A stretch of DNA of 64,000 nucleotides. Origin: an uncultured delta proteobacterium. GTDB taxonomy: Bacteria; Desulfobacterota; Binatia; Binatales; Binataceae. Positions 60,096 to 64,000 of this stretch are shown piece after piece (the stretch's first letter is position 1; each line of letters starts with the position of its first letter). Made by a program: the position numbers and the translations under genes. The notes under the pieces were generated by a model that was given only the letters and a program-made list of their open reading frames with translations, was not told the DNA's origin and did no database searches. The DNA lies in the NCBI GenBank assembly GCA_963842085.1, contig CAWJET010000001.1, positions 1,760,001 to 1,824,000 on the forward strand, read 5' to 3'.

Positions 60096-61133
60096 TCAGC
60101 GCGTGAAATATCTCCCGCCCGGCGAGTTGGAGCCGTGTATCTGCGAATGGCAATTGGTGCATTGCTGGTTGATAACGAAAATTTGTCCCCTCGCATGGGG
60201 CGAACTTGGATGATGGGTGCCGATGTGGCAGCGCTGGCAGAGCAGCGGCATGTTGATTACCAGCATGTGCTGGTTGACGCTGCCGTGCGGCAGATGGCAG
60301 TTCAGGCAGTTCATCGCCACCGGCGCGTGCATCCACAGGAACGGCCCGCGCTTTTCGGCATGACAGCGGTAGCAGACCTCATTGACCATCGCCGCCCGCA
60401 ATTGATGCTGGTAGGGTCCGCCGTGCGGATTGTGGCAGTCGGTGCAGGTCATCGACCCTTCGCGCAACGGCATGTGCGAGGGCAAATTGATTTCCATCTT
60501 CTTGTCCATATGGCAGCGGAGGCAGACCTGGGTTTCGGGGCGCGTCACGATGAATGGATTGATGAATTCCGTGCCCAGCGGTGACTTCTTGAGTTGCGGC
60601 TCCGGCAGCGCACTCGCCGTCACCGGACACATCACGGCGTGGCAATCGACGCATCGGATGCCGCGGGTGGCGTGTGGACTGACGTCCCAGAACGCACGCT
60701 CGCCGTTCTGATGGCATTCGAGGCAGCGTTCGTTCTCAATCTTGATGTCAGTGAAGGAGGTCTCTTGAAAATTCAGAAATCCCGGCGCCGGCTTGTGCGG
60801 ATGGCGTATGTGCTCGCGGCCGGGACCATGACAGGACTGGCAGGCGAGGCCCTCCTGCTCGTCGCGCGGCCGGCCCAGCATGAGATGGCCCATCATTGTC
60901 TGCCGGAAGGACTTGACCTGTACATCATGGCAACTGGTGCAGGTCGAATTATCGACGTAGCCGCGCGGCAGGGTGGCCCCCGATGCCGTCGCTTGGGAAG
61001 GCAGGGTGCCGTCCGCGCCGATTGCCGGGGTGGATGAACTCAGGGAGGCGATTCCAAACGCGAGCAACGCCACGAAAACACCCGCCCAAAATTTTCGCGG
61101 ACCGCGTTCCCCCTCCATCCTGGTGTCCTCCAT
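60096..61133 (-). CDS. DmsE/MtrA/PioA/MtoA-family decaheme c-type cytochrome
   Basis: Ten CxxCH motifs counted; CQSCHGPG, SHMPLREG, CHAEKRGPFLWMHAPV, C-terminal CTNCHSQIHGSNSP. Confidence 0.95.
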   Translation of the reverse strand: MEDTRMEGERGPRKFWAGVFVALLAFGIASLSSSTPAIGADGTLPSQATASGATLPRGYVDNSTCTSCHDVQVKSFRQTMMGHLMLGRPRDEQEGLACQSCHGPGREHIRHPHKPAPGFLNFQETSFTDIKIENERCLECHQNGERAFWDVSPHATRGIRCVDCHAVMCPVTASALPEPQLKKSPLGTEFINPFIVTRPETQVCLRCHMDKKMEINLPSHMPLREGSMTCTDCHNPHGGPYQHQLRAAMVNEVCYRCHAEKRGPFLWMHAPVAMNCLNCHLPHGSVNQHMLVINMPLLCQRCHIGTHHPSSPHARGQIFVINQQCTNCHSQIHGSNSPGGRYFTR

Positions 61134-61448
61134 TTCGGGCGCCAGCCGTTGGCGCCCGTTCGGCAGCTTACCGCCGGCGCTTACACGTGCTCCTCACAGC
61201 GACGAATGTAGTCGAAACTGTCGAGCGGCAGGCGTAGCTCCCGGTCCGCCTTCGCCTCGATGGTCCCTAGGCTCGATCGCATACCTTCCCCCGCGTTCTC
61301 GAACTCGCCCCTCACTGGTCCGAGAATCCGACTGTGCCCCGATCGGAACTGAATCCAAGTAGCCCAGACGGTCTGCCTTTGCAAGGTTCCAAGTGGGTTT
61401 GGTAGTGTCCCCGGACAAATGCATGCGCGCAAGACAAAGAGGGCGGTG

Positions 61449-62198
61449 ATGGGCAAAGTGGCCGGCAAGGTCGGGACGTGGATTTGCGTTATCCTGGTTG
61501 CGGCTATTTCCGCTTCCTGGGCCGCGGAACTCCCGAAGGCCGACAGTGTCGGCGGCACGATCGAAGGATTCGTCCGAATCGAGGGCGAGGTGCCGAAACT
61601 GGCGCCGCTCGACGTCAACAAGGACACGGACATCTGCAAAGACGTGCCCAACGAAACGCTGGTCGTTGGCCCGGGCAAGGGCGTGCAATACACGGTGGTC
61701 ACTATCGAGGGGTTGGTGAAGGCGCCGGAACCAGGAGGCGGCGATCAGGTCTCCACCGTAAACCGGCTCGACAACAAGGGCTGCCGGTTCGTGCCACATG
61801 TGCTCGCGATGGAGGTGAATCAATTTCTCGAGATCGACAATAGCGATCCGATTCTGCACGCCACGCACGCCCTGTTCCATGAGGGGCAGCCGCAATTCAA
61901 CGTGGGTCTATATCCCGGAAGAATCGTTCGCAAACCGATTGTAACGCCAGGCCCGGTGAAGATGATTTGCGAAGTGCATCCGTGGATGAGTGCCTACGTC
62001 TACGTCACGCAGAACCCGTACCACGCTGTTACCGACATCTATGGAAGGTATGAGATTCGCGGCGTACCGCCAGGCACCTACCGACTCAAGGCCTGGCATG
62101 AACGTCTGGGTATGCAGGAGCAAAAGGTCGTAGTCACAGAGGGCAAGACGACCGAGGCGACCTTCACCTTCAAGCCCGACGTGAGTGCGAGCCGATGA
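61449..62198 (+). CDS. Secreted cupredoxin-like / carboxypeptidase-regulatory-like domain protein
   Basis: Signal peptide; GCRFVPHV, NSDPILHATH, CEVHPWM, PPGTYRLKAWHE; start 61449 or 61419. Confidence 0.8.
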   Translation: MGKVAGKVGTWICVILVAAISASWAAELPKADSVGGTIEGFVRIEGEVPKLAPLDVNKDTDICKDVPNETLVVGPGKGVQYTVVTIEGLVKAPEPGGGDQVSTVNRLDNKGCRFVPHVLAMEVNQFLEIDNSDPILHATHALFHEGQPQFNVGLYPGRIVRKPIVTPGPVKMICEVHPWMSAYVYVTQNPYHAVTDIYGRYEIRGVPPGTYRLKAWHERLGMQEQKVVVTEGKTTEATFTFKPDVSASR

Positions 62199-62818
62199 GA
62201 ATCATTTCCGCGCTGTTGGCTGCCGCTCTGTTGATTGGCGGCAACGTCGCCGCACTGGCTGCGGGTCCGGATTCAAATTCGGGAGCCGTTGTCGGTACCG
62301 TCACTGTTAACGGACAGCCGACCTCGGATGTCGTCGTTTCCGTCGAGGGGTTGCCGCCGCCTGGCAATGAAAAAAGCCCGAACCCGGCGGCACCTCCACC
62401 GCAAGCGACGATGGCTCAACAGGATCTGAAATTCGTTCCTCACGTTCTGCCTATCCTGGTCGGAACGACGGTAGCATTTCCAAACAACGATCAGGTTTGG
62501 CACAACGTCTACTCGGACTCCAAGGTCAAGAAGTTCGACTTGGGCCTGTACGGTCCGGGCAAGAGCAAGTCAGTAATCTTCGACACGCCGGGTGTCGTGC
62601 GAATCCGCTGCAACGTTCATCCGGCCATGGAGGCTTACATCGTTGTCGAGGCTCAACCGAATTTCGCTTCTCCCGATGCGCAAGGCAACTACAAATTCGT
62701 GGGGTTACCGCTAGGCACCTACCACCTTCAGGTCTGGCATCCGTCGCTTGGCGTCAAGACGGAGTCATTCACGCTGGAGCGGGCTGGCGAGGTGCAGCAG
62801 ATAGACGTCAATTTCTAA
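62195..62818 (+). CDS. Second secreted cupredoxin-like / carboxypeptidase-regulatory-like protein
   Basis: ATGA overlap; FVPHVLPILVGTTVAFPNND..WHNVYS, FDLGLY, CNVHPAM. Confidence 0.82.
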   Translation: MRIISALLAAALLIGGNVAALAAGPDSNSGAVVGTVTVNGQPTSDVVVSVEGLPPPGNEKSPNPAAPPPQATMAQQDLKFVPHVLPILVGTTVAFPNNDQVWHNVYSDSKVKKFDLGLYGPGKSKSVIFDTPGVVRIRCNVHPAMEAYIVVEAQPNFASPDAQGNYKFVGLPLGTYHLQVWHPSLGVKTESFTLERAGEVQQIDVNF

Positions 62819-62907
62819 TCGGGAAGAGCGCGGAGTTGGGCAAGGCTGCAGCGCTTTGAATCGTTCGGCGCGGTAGCTATGGCTTCTCAAGACTTGATCG
62901 GCGCGGA

Positions 62908-64000
62908 TCAATCGGTGGTTGTAGGCATAGCTGTCGCGGGATAATAGATTCCTTCCGGCTGCCGGACCCACCAGGCGCCGGTGGCTTTCTTTTCTTCCGG
63001 GCTGGAATAGCGATAGTCGTAAAGCAGGGCCCGCACGTAGAGAGGCGCCTTACCAGGAAACGGATTGCTCCCGAGCAGGGCGGTCACCTCCGGCGAATTT
63101 TCCAGCAACCGCTGCAAGAACAGCGAAAACCAGGGACTTTGCGACGCCGGCCCGAGAGCGGCAAACCACATCTGCCAGTCAAGGCGCGGCTGGTGCGGAA
63201 TGTTCCACTGCGGTCGGCGCATGACGTCGCCCGGTTTGTACTTAAATCCGTACTCGCGCCAGTGAACGCCATCATCCGATCCCTCGACGATGATTTCCGG
63301 CAAAGTGGTCGTCATCACCGCAAACAAACCATAAGTATTGACGATACGCAGTGGCGCAATTTCAGCGTTGACCCACGTACCCAGGGCGGAGATTCGGCCG
63401 TTGAGCACCGCATGGAGCTGCACAAGACCGGTGAACACGATCAACATCGCGAACGCGCCGACGGCAAAAGAAACGATCTCCCCCGGCTTGATATCGCGGA
63501 CCTGGCGTTGCACAAACCGGGTCGCGCGCTCAGGAAGAACCTTGCGCAGCGCGGCATCGTCAAACAGCGCCAGGCACAAGGCCATCGTCAGGAGATTGAA
63601 GAAAGCATAGTTGCCGGTGAGAAGGATCACCACCTGCAATAACAAAATGCCGAATGCTGCGACGAACCTCAGCCGCCGCGGGAAGAAAATCAAAAACGGC
63701 AGCCCCAGTTCAATGACCAGGGTCGCCGCCGTTGACGCTGTGAGTACCGCCTGCGGTAGGTGATGCGCGTACCAGGCCAGCGGTGTCGGCAGCGGCTCGG
63801 TCTGAAAATAGTAGGAGAGCGCGGAAAGGTTGGCCCATGTAGGGTCGCCGCTCAGGAGCTTTACCGCGCCCGAAAGAAACATGAAGCGGAATAGAAGCCA
63901 GCGCAGCAGCCATATACCCGGCTTTGTCGCCATGCTCAGAACAAGCGTAAGGAAGCCGGATTCGAGCAAAAGCAGATCCCACTGAAAGCCCATGAACTCC
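62908..64000 (-). CDS. Lipase maturation factor (LMF) family membrane protein, 5' end outside the window
   Basis: FQWDLLLLESGF, RWLLFRFMFLSG, TQ/EPLPTP, YGLFAVMT, PHQPRLDWQMWFAAL. Confidence 0.92.
   Translation of the reverse strand, partial: EFMGFQWDLLLLESGFLTLVLSMATKPGIWLLRWLLFRFMFLSGAVKLLSGDPTWANLSALSYYFQTEPLPTPLAWYAHHLPQAVLTASTAATLVIELGLPFLIFFPRRLRFVAAFGILLLQVVILLTGNYAFFNLLTMALCLALFDDAALRKVLPERATRFVQRQVRDIKPGEIVSFAVGAFAMLIVFTGLVQLHAVLNGRISALGTWVNAEIAPLRIVNTYGLFAVMTTTLPEIIVEGSDDGVHWREYGFKYKPGDVMRRPQWNIPHQPRLDWQMWFAALGPASQSPWFSLFLQRLLENSPEVTALLGSNPFPGKAPLYVRALLYDYRYSSPEEKKATGAWWVRQPEGIYYPATAMPTTTD

Noticed and set aside
57771-61133. Assigning specific symbols mtrA/mtrB, mtoA/mtoB or dmsE/dmsF
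   Set aside because: Family is clear, but subfamily and electron direction cannot be determined without phylogeny

Overview
This is a high-GC chromosomal window from a diderm (Gram-negative) bacterium. The gene repertoire is reminiscent of soil Candidatus Binatia; that assignment is inference only. No rRNA, tRNA, CRISPR array, prophage or intact transposase is visible. In order, the window holds: small secreted His/Tyr-rich proteins and an IS remnant; a TetR/SDR/GST/CoA-transferase catabolic cluster; lemA-TPM-TPM; a cupin-Rieske-SDR-LLM operon; a large di-heme peroxidase-like gene bracketed by a ~100-bp direct repeat; a PrdB/GrdB-family selenoprotein that the ORF track splits at an in-frame UGA (UxxC motif plus SECIS-like hairpin); tpx; a cobamide salvage cluster (bluB, cobT, cobS, cobU, B12 riboswitch, btuB-like receptor); glnE; a Fur-boxed cupredoxin/heme-protein/beta-barrel operon; a frameshifted adenylate cyclase-ATPase; aroA; PFOR with a DHODH-like partner; and WS/DGAT. 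The standout is an operon at 55044-61133 that joins a decaheme MtrA/MtoA-type cytochrome and MtrB-type porin to a monoheme cytochrome c, a Rieske protein with low-potential signatures and a cytochrome b-subunit IV-diheme c fusion. It is a candidate self-contained quinone-pool-to-cell-surface electron conduit, with two divergently encoded cupredoxin-like proteins. All family calls come from motif recognition by eye; no database search was run.
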